Below, piece after piece: positions 1 to 10,816 of a stretch of 64,000 nucleotides of DNA (its first letter is position 1; every line of letters begins with the position of its first letter). The notes beneath the pieces are model-generated. The model had not been told where the DNA came from. It was given only the letters and a program-made list of their open reading frames with translations, and did not search any database. The stretch covers positions 314 to 64,313 of the forward strand of contig JBLHIE010000002.1 of NCBI GenBank assembly GCA_047614925.1, given 5' to 3'. The stretch is from Arenicella sp. GTDB taxonomy: Bacteria; Bacteroidota; Bacteroidia; Flavobacteriales; Flavobacteriaceae. The position numbers were made by a program, and so were the translations under genes.

Positions 1-490
1 CTATTCTTTTATTACTGATAACATCATTAGCACAAGCGAAGCTCCGTTAATGATTTATACGTATTCAGAAGTTTTATTTGCAAGAGCTGAAGCTGCTGCA
101 AAAACATGGACGACTGAAAATGCTTCTTCTTTATACGAGCAAGCAATCACAGCAAGTATGGAACAATGGGGCGTAGCTTCTGCAGATATTACAGTATACA
201 TCTCTGCACATCCTTATACTGGAATGGAAGATATCGCATATGAAAAGTGGGTTTCTTTATACATGCAAGGATATAACAGTTGGTCTGAATGGAGAAGATT
301 TAAAGCTGAAGGAAACGACGGTAGAATCAACTTAGTTGCACCAGCAGATTTATTATCTAATGCAACAGACATTCCACAAAGACATGGATACTCTGCAACT
401 GCAGTTGCTTTAAACGAAGATAGTTACAATACAGCAATAGGAGCTCAAGGAGCTGATAACTTAGATACCAAACTTTGGATTTTTAAGTAA
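1..490 (+). CDS. SusD/RagB family nutrient-binding lipoprotein, C-terminal part (5' end outside window)
   Basis: Frame is open from position 2. It has YSEVLFARAEAA, IAYEKWVSLYMQGYNSWSEWRR and a terminal KLWIFK, typical of SusD-like C-termini. Confidence 0.85.
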   Translation, partial: YSFITDNIISTSEAPLMIYTYSEVLFARAEAAAKTWTTENASSLYEQAITASMEQWGVASADITVYISAHPYTGMEDIAYEKWVSLYMQGYNSWSEWRRFKAEGNDGRINLVAPADLLSNATDIPQRHGYSATAVALNEDSYNTAIGAQGADNLDTKLWIFK

Positions 491-515
491 ACCTAACTGC
501 TTTTTTATTAAAATT

Positions 516-550
516 CATCCAACCTTTAAGAAGGTTGGATGTTTTTTTTT
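516..550 (+). terminator. Intrinsic terminator
   Basis: CATCCAACCTT-taag-AAGGTTGGATG followed by a T9 tract. Confidence 0.85.
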
Positions 551-974
551 GCACAAAAACTAAAATTCAGAAAAGGAAAGTACTAAGAAAACAAGAAGAG
601 GTTTTCTACAACTAATACCACCCAAAAGAAGCAGAAAGATTTAAATTAAACACCTTGGTTAATTCAAAATTAAAACAAATAACCTTAAAGATCTTTTTCA
701 TCTTATTCACGCTTATTCTTAAAAAGACTAAAAAAGGCCTATAAGAAAAGTGTTTTTCATAGTTATACATATATCTAGTATTATTAGCTTTATTATATCA
801 CAAAATACTCCTAAAATAGAGACGCTTAAAACGAAATAAAACACCTAAATTCATAATAAAATCACTTCTTATAGGAATAATTATATTAACCATGAAAAAT
901 AAAAAAAACAGCTTTATTAGTTTAATAATTGACATTAAAATCACTCTAAAGACCCACATATACTAATGTTTAAG

Positions 975-990
975 TACCTTTTAAAAGGTA
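975..990. promoter_or_regulatory. Palindromic putative operator upstream of the susC pseudogene
   Basis: Perfect 16-bp palindrome TACCTTTTAAAAGGTA about 120 bp before the ATG at 1110; recurs at 4655. Confidence 0.5.
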
Positions 991-1109
991 TTAAACAAAT
1001 CAAAACGAACCTCTTCTTAACATTTAATTTTATTTTTTCTAAGAAAAAATTGTGAATGTCAATTTAAATAATAAATTTTTTTTAACATTATTTAAACAAA
1101 CTAAAACAA

Positions 1110-3048
1110 ATGAAAACAAAGTTAAATGGAATTTTATCGCTGTTACTAGCGTTGGTTGTGCACACAACCTTTGCACAAGAGAAAACAGTTTCTGTTACTG
1201 TATCCGATTCATCTGGGGCTTTACTAGGAGTACGCGTATTGGTAAAAGGCACAAAAAAAGGTAGTGAAAGTAATTTCAATGTAAAGTACACTATCGAAGC
1301 CAATACTGGAGACGCAATAATTTTTAGGTACTTAGGGCACAAAATAGTAAAAAAATAGTAGGCTCTTTTATGGAAATCAATGTAGCTTTAGAGAAGGATG
1401 CAAGTCTTTTAGATGAAATTGTATTCACTGCTCTAGGAACAGAAAAAAGAAAGACAGCGATTTAAGTTCTACTTCAGTTGTAAAAATTGACCAATTGAAA
1501 AAACCTATTGAAATAAGTCTTTTACAAGCACTTTCAGGTAAAACTTCGGGTGTAAATATTACCCGTAACTCTGGAGATCCAAGTGTAAGTGCGTACATAC
1601 AAATTAGAGGTCAAAAGACACTCCTAGGAGACAGCAGTCATTTAGTCGTTATAGATGGTGCAATTGTTTCTAACAGTTCTATCGATGGTGGCACCGGAGG
1701 AGTTGATAAAAAAATCTCGTTTAAACGATATAAACCAAGAAGATATCGAATCTATTTCAGTACTTAAAGGGGCTTCTGTTGCGTTGTTTATGGAACAGGT
1801 ACTGCAAATGGTGTGATTGTTATCAAAACTAAAAAGGGGATCTAAAAATGGAAAAAGATGGAGTATAGAGTATAAAGCAGGCTTTTCTGCTGATCAAATA
1901 AATGTTGAATGGGACAAACAAGATACCTATGGACAAGAATTTGGAGGAATAGCGCACTTCACGGGAAGTGGATTACCTAATACCGGTTTTTCTTACGGAG
2001 ATAAAATAGCAGACAGAATTGTCGGTGCAGATACCGTTGATACTTCAGGAGCTTATTTTCAAGCAGATGGAGGAAACTCCTACTACCCTATAACCTCTAA
2101 AAACTCAAGAGAAACTTTCAATCAGATAAACAGAGATCCTCTTTTTAAAACATGTATTACGCAAGAAAATAACGTGAGCTTTACTTATAACGGAGAAGAT
2201 AGTAGAACTTTTGTAACTTTATCTAATTGGGACCAACACGGTATTTATAACGGAGCATCTGATTATAGAAGAACAAGTCTGCGCTTAAATAATAACACAG
2301 ATTTTAGCGGCAAATTTACGCTAAAACTATCTACAACTTATGTAAATATTGAATCAAATCGTGTGCAACAGGGTCGAATTTAAATGGATTATACTTATGG
2401 TACTTGTGTACTTCTCCTGATCTTAAAATCAGAGACTACAAAGGGACTCATTTTGATACCGATAGTATTCCTGCACCAAACTCACAAAAGGATATAGACA
2501 ATTTTTAGATTATAAAAGAACTTTTAATCCTACATTAGAAACATTTAGCTACAACTCTCTCTACTACAATAACCCTTTATAAACAACTAATGAGCAAAAA
2601 AAACTAAATGAAGGAGACCGTTTTATAATTGCTCCAGAATTGAACTATAAGATTAACAATCAATTCCTGTTAATTGCTGAATATAGTGTGAATTACATAC
2701 AAGATAACAGACTTAGATTTGAACCTGCCGGTTCTCTGGAGATGGAACCAACGGTGAATTTGAAGAAGATAGAATTACTGAAAGTAACCAAAATATAAAT
2801 CTTTTTCTTACAGGTGCATACGATTTATCTGATAAATTAAAATTAGATTTTAAGGTTAGTGCACAACTCTTTCAAAATAAATACAAAAGATTATTTGCTG
2901 CTGAAACAAATTTCACCAATCCTGACGAAATTTTCCTTAATGTTGGTAATGCTGTTTCTACGCACTCAAAATCAATTGATTACCTACGTAAAACTAGAAA
3001 ACCTGGACCATTTACTGTTCTAAATCTAGACTATAATGCTATCTATTA
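1110..3048 (+). pseudogene. SusC/RagA TonB-dependent transporter pseudogene (frameshifted, 3'-truncated)
   Basis: Fragments 1110-1358 (MKTKLNGILSLLLA...FRYLG), 1495-1767 (plug: ALSGKTSGVNI...IQIRG...VVIDG) and 1817-2383 lie in different frames. There are further stops downstream and the barrel C-terminus is missing. Confidence 0.85.
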
Positions 3049-3112
3049 ATTTAAATACCTTTTTAACACCCAATAAAATAAAATATTTTAAATATGAGAT
3101 AAACTACAAATC

Positions 3113-4317
3113 ATGAATATATATGTATCTATTTTTACTCATAACACTACTAAACTGAAAACAAAGAAAAAGGTAATATTTGAAACCTATATAAATAGGA
3201 AAAAAAATTAATTGAAATACAAACAAAAAGAACTTTCGAAATTAAATATTTAAATATCTATGCAAGTACCCTATTTGATGGTGCTAGATTAAATAAATTT
3301 GAAAAACTTAATGATAGAAAATTTTTTGCATATATTATTCTTCAAAATACCCCCATAAATAACAGTGCCTATTACGCGTTTTCTATTTGGTCTAAAGTTC
3401 CAAGAACTACTTATATCTCGTTTAAATATCCACCAAGATAATCCCATAGATACAGACCAAAAATTAAAATAAATGGTCTTTATTTGATACACTAAGAATA
3501 CTTAATAAAAAAAATAACACCCTAGTTAAACTAGAATTATCGGCTATCCCACAAATAATAGCTGCTCAAAAAATAGCATCATCAAAGGATGTGAAGAAAT
3601 AATATCAGGAAATGGTAAAGAAAAACAGCAATACCCTGAACTATGAACAGTTGGCAAAACAGCCTTAGCTAGAGAGATACTTGTGTTATTTTCACATAAC
3701 AACAAACACAATCAAAAAGATATTATTGTACTACTAACAAGACAGCAACCCCCAGAGTCAACAAGCTCCTATGCGTTTCAATATTTTATTGGAAAAATAC
3801 TAGAAGAAACACAAATATCAAAAAAAATCTTAGACAAATGTCAAATAATAGCATTTCCCATAATGAATCCAGATGAAGTAGACCTGAGTCATTAGAGACA
3901 CAACGCCAATGGAATAGACTTAATCAGGGCTTGGTCTCATTACAACCAACCAAAGATAAAACATACTGTAAATTTTATTGAAAACAAACAAGAAAAACAA
4001 ATCAGTAGTTAAACTAGGACTAGATTTTCACTCTACCTGATATCATGTTTTTTATACCAACAAAGAATGCAAAGAAACCTCCTTAACAAACTTTATAGAT
4101 GACTGGTTTAAAAATATTGAAGATAAAATAGCAAATTATAAAATTAACGAAGTATCCCAAAACAGTGAAAACCAGTATCTAAAGGATGGTTCTTAAATAG
4201 ATTTAACGCCACAAGCGTCACCTTTGAAATAGGCGACAATACAAGTGATAAAAAACAAAAGCACTAAGTGAAGCGGTTGCTCTAGAAATAATGAAGCTTT
4301 TATTACTAGAGCAATAA
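3113..4317 (+). pseudogene. M14-family zinc carboxypeptidase pseudogene
   Basis: Fragments FDGARLN, PINNSAYYAF, RQQPPE (degenerate RQHPPE), PIMNPDEVDLSH*RHNANGIDLN and GLDFHST* with internal stops and frameshifts; 5' boundary approximate. Confidence 0.75.
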
Positions 4318-4654
4318 GAACCAAACATTAAACGAAACTACGTTCTCTTATAAAAAAACATCTAGCCCATAACAAGTTAAGTTTTTTTTAGAAAATCGAA
4401 AACCAACAAACCTAAAATGAATAAAAACTGAATGCATCAAAATAATTAAAATTCTATTTTGATTGGAGCACTTCATAAAAACTTTATTTACTTTTTTACT
4501 TGTTCTGAATAATCAAAGCACGGTTAAATAAATAAGTATTAAAAATAGATAAATACAATGTAACAAAAGGAAATTATGTAAGAAAAACAGCTATCTTAGT
4601 ATGATATTCGATGTTAAAAACTCTCTAAAGAATTCTATTTACTGATTATTAACC

Positions 4655-4668
4655 ACCTTTTAAAAGGT
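4655..4668. promoter_or_regulatory. Palindromic putative operator upstream of susC
   Basis: ACCTTTTAAAAGGT followed by ATTAAA, about 117 bp before the ATG at 4786; same motif and spacing as at 975-990. Confidence 0.5.
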
Positions 4669-4785
4669 ATTAAATAGATCACCAAGCGCTATTTTGAACA
4701 TTTAATTGCATTTTTTATGTTAAAAAATAGTTTTATTAAGATTAAATTAAGACTTTTGGGACTAATTAATTCAAATAATTAAAAA

Positions 4786-7700
4786 ATGAAAACAAAGTTT
4801 AATGTAATTTTAACGCTATTACTGGCGTTTGTCGTGCAAATAACTTTTGCGCAAGAAAAAACTATTTCAGGAACAGTTTCCGAAGGTTCAAGTGTATTGC
4901 CAGGAGTAAGTATTACGATTAAAGGTAGTACAACAGGTACAGAAACAGATTTTGATGGGAAATATACTATCAAAGCAAATCTGGGTGCAGTATTAGTATT
5001 TAGATATCTTGGATATAAAGTAACCGAGAGAAAAGTAGGTAATTCGACATCCATTAATGTTAAAATGGAAGAAGATGCCAGTGTTTTAGATGAAATAGTG
5101 ATTGTTGGTTATGGTACAACTACAAAAAGATCTTTTACTGGTACTGCCTCTGTTGTTAACAGCGAAAACATCGATGCAAAGTCTGTTTCCAACGTTGCAC
5201 AAGCATTAATTGGTGAAGTGTCAGGTGTTACAGTTACAAGAACTAGTGGTAAACCTGGGGCAAGTGCTTCTATACGTATTAGAGGTTTTAGCTCGATACA
5301 AGGTAACAGTGCACCATTATATGTAGTCGACGGAATTCCTTTTTCTGGAGATATTAATGCTATCAACCCTAATGATATAGAATCAACAACTATCTTAAAA
5401 GATGCTTCTGCAACCGCTATTTATGGTGCTAGAGGGGCTAATGGTGTGGTGTTAATATCCACAAGAAAAGGTACTGTTGGTAAAAATACGGTTGAATTTG
5501 ATTTTCAATCTTCTATTAACAGCAGAACATTACCACGTTACAATCTTGTAAGTGGTGAAGAAGAATATATGGAGTTAGTGTACGCTGGACTTAGAAACAC
5601 TGCTGAATACGCAGGAAATGCAAACCCTTCGCAATTCGCTTTAGATAATTTATTCTCTGACAGAGGTGTTGCACCGTTATACAACATGTGGAATGTAGCT
5701 GATGGAAATGGACTCATAGACCCAAGTACTGGTCGTGTGATAAGTGGTGTTACCAGAAAATACACTCCAACAGATTGGGCAAATGTAGGATATAGAGATG
5801 GTATTAGAAATGAGATGAACTTTAAAACTTCTGGTGGTACTGCTAAGACAAAACACTATTTTTCTTTAGGGTATTTATCTGATGAAGGTTTTATCGCAGA
5901 ATCAGGATATGACAGATATTCTGCTAGATTAAATGTAAGCTCAAATCCTATTGATAGAGTAAAAATTTCAACTAATTTAGATTATTCCTACAGTGAATAT
6001 AATGACGCTACTGGTTACGGTGGTGGTAATGTAACATACATGTTAGATTTCGTTCCAACTATTTATCCTTTATATCTTAGAGATACTAATGGTGACATCG
6101 TTATTAACTCTAACACTAATAATCCAATGTATGATTTTGGTGATAATACGGCTGGTAACGCCAGAGATTTTTCTGCTACATATAATGGAGTTGGAGAAGC
6201 TATTTATAACATAAATAGAACTAAAAGACATTCTGTTAATACAAATATTAACGCTGCAGTTGAGATAACTAAAGGATTAACTTTTGAAACTACATATGGT
6301 ATGAACTACTATAGTAGTAATCTAGATAATACTAGAAATTCTATTCAAGGTAGTGCAGGTGTTGCTTTAGGTGGTACTCTTTACAAGTCTAATAGAACTT
6401 ATATTTCACAAAATTTTAATCAAATATTAAGATACAAAACTACATTTGGTGAAGATCATAACTTTGATATATTAGCGGCTCACGAATCTTTTGCTGATCA
6501 CGACGAGTTTTTTGACCTTAGTAAAAAAGGTATTGTTAATTTAAACCCAAATGCTGCAGGTGTGCCAGATAATTACTTAGATCAAAATGGCGTATCTTAT
6601 GGAAATATAGAAGAGACTTCATTAGAAGGTTACTTTACACAAGCTAATTATAACTTTGCGCAAAAGTATTATTTTCAAGGTACACTAAGAAGAGATGGTT
6701 CATCAAGATTTTTTAAAAATAAATGGGGAACCTTTTATTCAGCAGGTGCTGGTTGGATTATGAGTGAAGAAAATTTCTTAAGCTCATCGAAAGTTATTAA
6801 TTTCTTAAAACTTAAAGCTAGTTACGGTGTTCTTGGTAGTCAAGGAAACGCTGCCTACGCTGGTCAACTTGGATTTGATATAGAAAACCTTCTAGGACAG
6901 CCTTCATTGGCTCCGAGAGCTGTTGTAGACCCAAATATTACTTGGGAGTCTAGTGAACAAGCTCAAGTAGGTGTTGAAATTGAGTTATTCAACGGTACTA
7001 TTCAAGCAGATTTAGATTATTATGTTAAGACAACCAATAATTTATATGTAAATAAGAGATTATCTCCTTCTACAGGTGACGCTATTATCTTAACTAACGA
7101 TGGTGCATTAGAGAATAGAGGTTTTGAATTTAATGTAACTGGTAACATTGTAAGAAGTAAAGACTTCAACTTATCATTAACATTGAATGGTGAAATGTTT
7201 AATAACAAATTAACTCAAATGCCAATAGAAAACGCTACAGGTCTGCCAAAGGTTATTAACATTGAAGGTCTATTTGGACAATCATTAGGAAGTAGTATCT
7301 ATGATTATTACATTAGAGAATGGGCTGGTGTTGACCCTGCTAATGGTAACCCTATGTGGACAGAAAACTGGTCTGATGAAAATAACAACAATCAATATGA
7401 CAGTGGAGAAGGTATTAAAGATATGTTAATTTATACAGATGCTAATCCTACTGCAGTTATTCAAGAAAGAGTAACAAATACTTATAGTGATGCCACTAGA
7501 AAGTACGTTGGTAAATCTGTTATTCCTACTGTTAGAGGTGCTTTTAGGTTAAATAGCTCTTACAAAGGTTTCTCTTTAAGTACACAGTTTAGCTATAGCT
7601 TAGGAGGTTATGGTTATGACTCTCAATACGCGAATCTTATGACAAATGGTAAAGTTGGTGGTGCATCTTATCATAACGATATGACCACAGATCGCTGGAT

Positions 7701-8016
7701 GAAACCTGGAGATATCGCAGCTGTACCAAGACTTTATTCAAATGAAAATGTTCAAGCTGTTTCAGCTTCTTCAAGATTTCTGCAGAGTACTGACTACTTA
7801 TCTTTAAACAATGCGAGATTAGGTTATAATGTACCATCTCAATTCTTAACAAAAACAGGATTCTCTTCGGTTAATTTATGGGTGTCAGGTGATAATCTAT
7901 TTTTATTAAGCACTAGAGCAGGATATAATCCTACGACATCATTAACAGGTGAATCTGGCAGATATACTTATAATCCAATATCTAACTATACCTTAGGTGT
8001 TAGAGTTAAATTTTAA
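4786..8016 (+). CDS. SusC/RagA family TonB-linked outer membrane transporter
   Basis: Signal peptide, N-terminal carboxypeptidase-regulatory-like domain, LDEIVIVGYG TonB box, LKDASATAIYGARGANGVVLI plug motif, RRDGSSRF, terminal Phe. Confidence 0.97.
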   Translation: MKTKFNVILTLLLAFVVQITFAQEKTISGTVSEGSSVLPGVSITIKGSTTGTETDFDGKYTIKANLGAVLVFRYLGYKVTERKVGNSTSINVKMEEDASVLDEIVIVGYGTTTKRSFTGTASVVNSENIDAKSVSNVAQALIGEVSGVTVTRTSGKPGASASIRIRGFSSIQGNSAPLYVVDGIPFSGDINAINPNDIESTTILKDASATAIYGARGANGVVLISTRKGTVGKNTVEFDFQSSINSRTLPRYNLVSGEEEYMELVYAGLRNTAEYAGNANPSQFALDNLFSDRGVAPLYNMWNVADGNGLIDPSTGRVISGVTRKYTPTDWANVGYRDGIRNEMNFKTSGGTAKTKHYFSLGYLSDEGFIAESGYDRYSARLNVSSNPIDRVKISTNLDYSYSEYNDATGYGGGNVTYMLDFVPTIYPLYLRDTNGDIVINSNTNNPMYDFGDNTAGNARDFSATYNGVGEAIYNINRTKRHSVNTNINAAVEITKGLTFETTYGMNYYSSNLDNTRNSIQGSAGVALGGTLYKSNRTYISQNFNQILRYKTTFGEDHNFDILAAHESFADHDEFFDLSKKGIVNLNPNAAGVPDNYLDQNGVSYGNIEETSLEGYFTQANYNFAQKYYFQGTLRRDGSSRFFKNKWGTFYSAGAGWIMSEENFLSSSKVINFLKLKASYGVLGSQGNAAYAGQLGFDIENLLGQPSLAPRAVVDPNITWESSEQAQVGVEIELFNGTIQADLDYYVKTTNNLYVNKRLSPSTGDAIILTNDGALENRGFEFNVTGNIVRSKDFNLSLTLNGEMFNNKLTQMPIENATGLPKVINIEGLFGQSLGSSIYDYYIREWAGVDPANGNPMWTENWSDENNNNQYDSGEGIKDMLIYTDANPTAVIQERVTNTYSDATRKYVGKSVIPTVRGAFRLNSSYKGFSLSTQFSYSLGGYGYDSQYANLMTNGKVGGASYHNDMTTDRWMKPGDIAAVPRLYSNENVQAVSASSRFLQSTDYLSLNNARLGYNVPSQFLTKTGFSSVNLWVSGDNLFLLSTRAGYNPTTSLTGESGRYTYNPISNYTLGVRVKF

Positions 8017-8030
8017 TAAAACTTTTAATT

Positions 8031-9542
8031 ATGAAAAAAATAAATTATATAATATTAATTATTGCTGGCCTTGTGTTTACGGCTTGTAGTGAAGATTTTT
8101 TAGAAAAAAGACCTACGAGCTTCATCTCGAATGAAGATTTAGGTGAAACGGCCTTAATTAACCCTAGTATTGTAGAGGGGAATTTAAGAGGAATTTACAA
8201 TCAAATGGTAACTGCTTACATAGGTGGTACTTCTAGTCAAGAAGATTTTGGCCATAAGTCTTTTGATTTGATGAGTGATTTACTCTCTAGTGATTTAGCG
8301 CAAGTTGGTGCTAGTTATAATAGATTTGTAGGCTTAGCAAATTATGTTTGGACACAAGACCAGACTATAAGCCTTCCAAACTATACGGCTTGGAGGTTTT
8401 ACTACAGAATAATTAATAGTGCTAACTTAATTATTGATGCTAACGGAGGTAATGATTTTATTCCAGAATCTGACGCTGTAAAAGGTGTAGTAGGTCAAGC
8501 AAAAACAATTAGAGCATTCGCTTATTTTTACTTAACTCAATACTACGCTATTAAATATGATGCAAGTGCAGAAATTCTGCCTTTATATATTTTACCAGGT
8601 GAACCAGGTAAAGCGAAATCAACAATGGGTGACGTATACGCTCAAATAATAGCTGACCTAAATTCTTCGATTAGCTTTATGGATGGTTATGCGAGACCTA
8701 ACAAGGCCTCATTAAACCAAAATGTTGCGAAAGGATTTCTTGCTTATGTGTATGCTTCAATGGGCCAAAGTGATAAAAATATATTAGCAAAGAAATTAGC
8801 TGATGAAGTTATCAACTCTGGTGAGTTTACACTAATGAATGCTGCCGAAGTTACTGGTGGTTTCACATTGTTAGGAACTCCAGGATGGATGTGGGGATTT
8901 GACATTACCACAGCTAATGACTTAGGTTTAGTTTCTTGGCACGGTTTTATGGATTACTACAGCTATTCTTATCAAGCAGTTGGTAATTTTAGAGGAATTG
9001 ATGCAACTCTTTATGACAACATTAAGGCAAATGACATTAGAAAACAACAATTTGGTGATCCAAGTGGCGGTTCTTTCACGGCAGGAGCCTCTCCTTTAAT
9101 TCCAGCTAATAAATTTTACAATTTAGAAAAAGTCCATTTTGGACAAGCTCCAATAACAGATGACTATGTTTATATGAGAGTGGCAGAAATGTACTTATTA
9201 TCTGCTGAGATGAGTGCTGTAGAAGGTGACGCTGCTGCTGCTAAGTCGAGATTAAAAGAAGTCTTAGCTAAAAGGTACAGTAACCCTGCAGACTATGCAT
9301 ATGTAGATTTATTATCAGGTCAAGCGCTCATAGATGAAGTTGTTTTTAATACAAAAATTGAATTTATTGGTGAAGGTAAAAGTTATCTTTTAATGAAAAG
9401 AAGAAAATTAAGTAATACTAGAGGTAACAATCACCTTAATAGAACTGGTGAAAGTATTGCTTATGATAATCCGATGGTAACTTTCTCTATACCTGATAGA
9501 GAAATTACAGACAATCCACTCATTATTAAAGGTAATAAATAG
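8031..9542 (+). CDS. RagB/SusD family nutrient uptake lipoprotein
   Basis: Lipobox FTAC followed by acidic SEDFLE, YMRVAEMYL and EFIGEG motifs; directly after susC. Confidence 0.95.
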   Translation: MKKINYIILIIAGLVFTACSEDFLEKRPTSFISNEDLGETALINPSIVEGNLRGIYNQMVTAYIGGTSSQEDFGHKSFDLMSDLLSSDLAQVGASYNRFVGLANYVWTQDQTISLPNYTAWRFYYRIINSANLIIDANGGNDFIPESDAVKGVVGQAKTIRAFAYFYLTQYYAIKYDASAEILPLYILPGEPGKAKSTMGDVYAQIIADLNSSISFMDGYARPNKASLNQNVAKGFLAYVYASMGQSDKNILAKKLADEVINSGEFTLMNAAEVTGGFTLLGTPGWMWGFDITTANDLGLVSWHGFMDYYSYSYQAVGNFRGIDATLYDNIKANDIRKQQFGDPSGGSFTAGASPLIPANKFYNLEKVHFGQAPITDDYVYMRVAEMYLLSAEMSAVEGDAAAAKSRLKEVLAKRYSNPADYAYVDLLSGQALIDEVVFNTKIEFIGEGKSYLLMKRRKLSNTRGNNHLNRTGESIAYDNPMVTFSIPDREITDNPLIIKGNK

Positions 9543-9600
9543 TACTTTTATTAAATGAAATTAAAAACAATGCATATTTAGCAAAAAAAACAATAAATTT

Positions 9601-9644
9601 AAAATCACTACTTACTATTCTAGTATTTAGTAAGTAGTGGTTTT
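9601..9644 (+). terminator. Intercistronic stem-loop (terminator or mRNA stabiliser)
   Basis: AAAATCACTACTTACTA / TAGTAAGTAGTGGTTTT inverted repeat. Confidence 0.6.
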
Positions 9645-9662
9645 ATTAATTCAACTCAAATT

Positions 9663-10379
9663 ATGAAAAACAAGATATTTTATTTCTTTACATTTATTCT
9701 TCTAGCAACTCTGACTGGTTGTGAGGAAAACGTAGAGCCTGTTGATATAGAATTCATCACATTTCAAGAAGCATCTAAATCATTCGTTATAGATGAAGGA
9801 ACAACATTAACTACTGAATTTAAGATATATACAGCAAAGAAAGTTAGTTCTGATACCAATCTAAGTTTATCTGCTATCGGTACGTTCGATGCATCAAATT
9901 ACTCAGTACCCGCATCTGTTACTATGTTAGCAAATTCAAATGAAGCTACAATTAGTGTTTCAATTACTGAAAATAACCTGGATAAAATAAACGGAGAAAC
10001 TTTGTCAATTACGATTGCAAGTCCTGATGGCTATTATGCTGGTGCAACTACTATGGATATCACCATTAATGTATTTTGCCCATCTACAATTGAAGGATCT
10101 TATAGCTACAGTGATGGTAATCAAAAAGATGTTACTGTAACTATCGGCGCAGGAGTTAATAATTTTGTTGTCAGTGGAGATAATGCTTTTGGCACAAACT
10201 ATCCGTTTAACATTAACGACCAATGTGGATCAATAGCTGTTACAGGTAGTTTCCTTGAAGATACCTTTGGCATACCAGCTTCTGGTACCGGAAATGTTAT
10301 GGCTGATGGAAGTATTGTGTTGACTTATACTGTTGATGGATATTTTGAAAACAGAACCATGACCTTAGTTAAAAAATAA
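9663..10379 (+). CDS. Surface lipoprotein accessory to SusC/D (beta-rich, DUF1735/Calx-beta-like)
   Basis: Lipobox LTGC followed by EENVE; Thr/Ser-rich beta domains; position after susD. Confidence 0.75.
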   Translation: MKNKIFYFFTFILLATLTGCEENVEPVDIEFITFQEASKSFVIDEGTTLTTEFKIYTAKKVSSDTNLSLSAIGTFDASNYSVPASVTMLANSNEATISVSITENNLDKINGETLSITIASPDGYYAGATTMDITINVFCPSTIEGSYSYSDGNQKDVTVTIGAGVNNFVVSGDNAFGTNYPFNINDQCGSIAVTGSFLEDTFGIPASGTGNVMADGSIVLTYTVDGYFENRTMTLVKK

Positions 10380-10399
10380 TTCGTAAATTAATTACAAAT

Positions 10400-10440
10400 A
10401 TATAAAAGCCATCTCTTAAAAGAGATGGCTTTTATATTTA
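10400..10440 (+). terminator. Intrinsic terminator
   Basis: ATATAAAAGCCATCTCT-taaa-AGAGATGGCTTTTATAT, perfect 17-bp stem. Confidence 0.85.
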
Positions 10441-10586
10441 TTATACTTTCAGCAAACATATGTAAAATAGAGAATCGTATTGCTAAAGGATTTACAATAT
10501 ATTTGAAATAAAAGCTATTATTGAAGTAATTGAAAGAAGTTTTGAAACTAATAAAATATTTTCACAAAAAGAATTAAGAGCACATA

Positions 10587-10747
10587 TTTTTTTTGAATTA
10601 AATAATATAATCAAAAAAAATAGCCACGAGTCTAATACCTATTGATAAGCATCTTATTAAAATTATGATTAATCCCATATGGACATATCCACTAAAAGGT
10701 AAAACAAAGAAATAAGTTTAACTATAATAAAAAATAATTAAACAAAA
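10587..10747 (+). repeat. Direct repeat copy 1 (susC upstream region)
   Basis: Aligns with 15655-15817, sharing GAATTAAATAA, ACGAGTCTAATACCTAT, ATGATTAATCCCATATG and AAAAGGTAAAACAAA. Confidence 0.9.
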
Positions 10748-10816
10748 TATGTTAAAAAATTGTTTATTAACATTTTATTTTCGATTTTTGTATATGATAA
10801 TTCAAATACATAAACA

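Noticed and set aside
1340-1720. Poly-A runs at susC frameshifts as a phase-variation switch
   Set aside because: There are many independent frameshifts, stops and a truncation; a single slip could not restore the gene.
5109-7852. Short antisense and alternate-frame ORFs within susC, and similar ones over trkH, trpE, aspS and others
   Set aside because: They are shadows of strong coding genes, with no motifs or independent signals.
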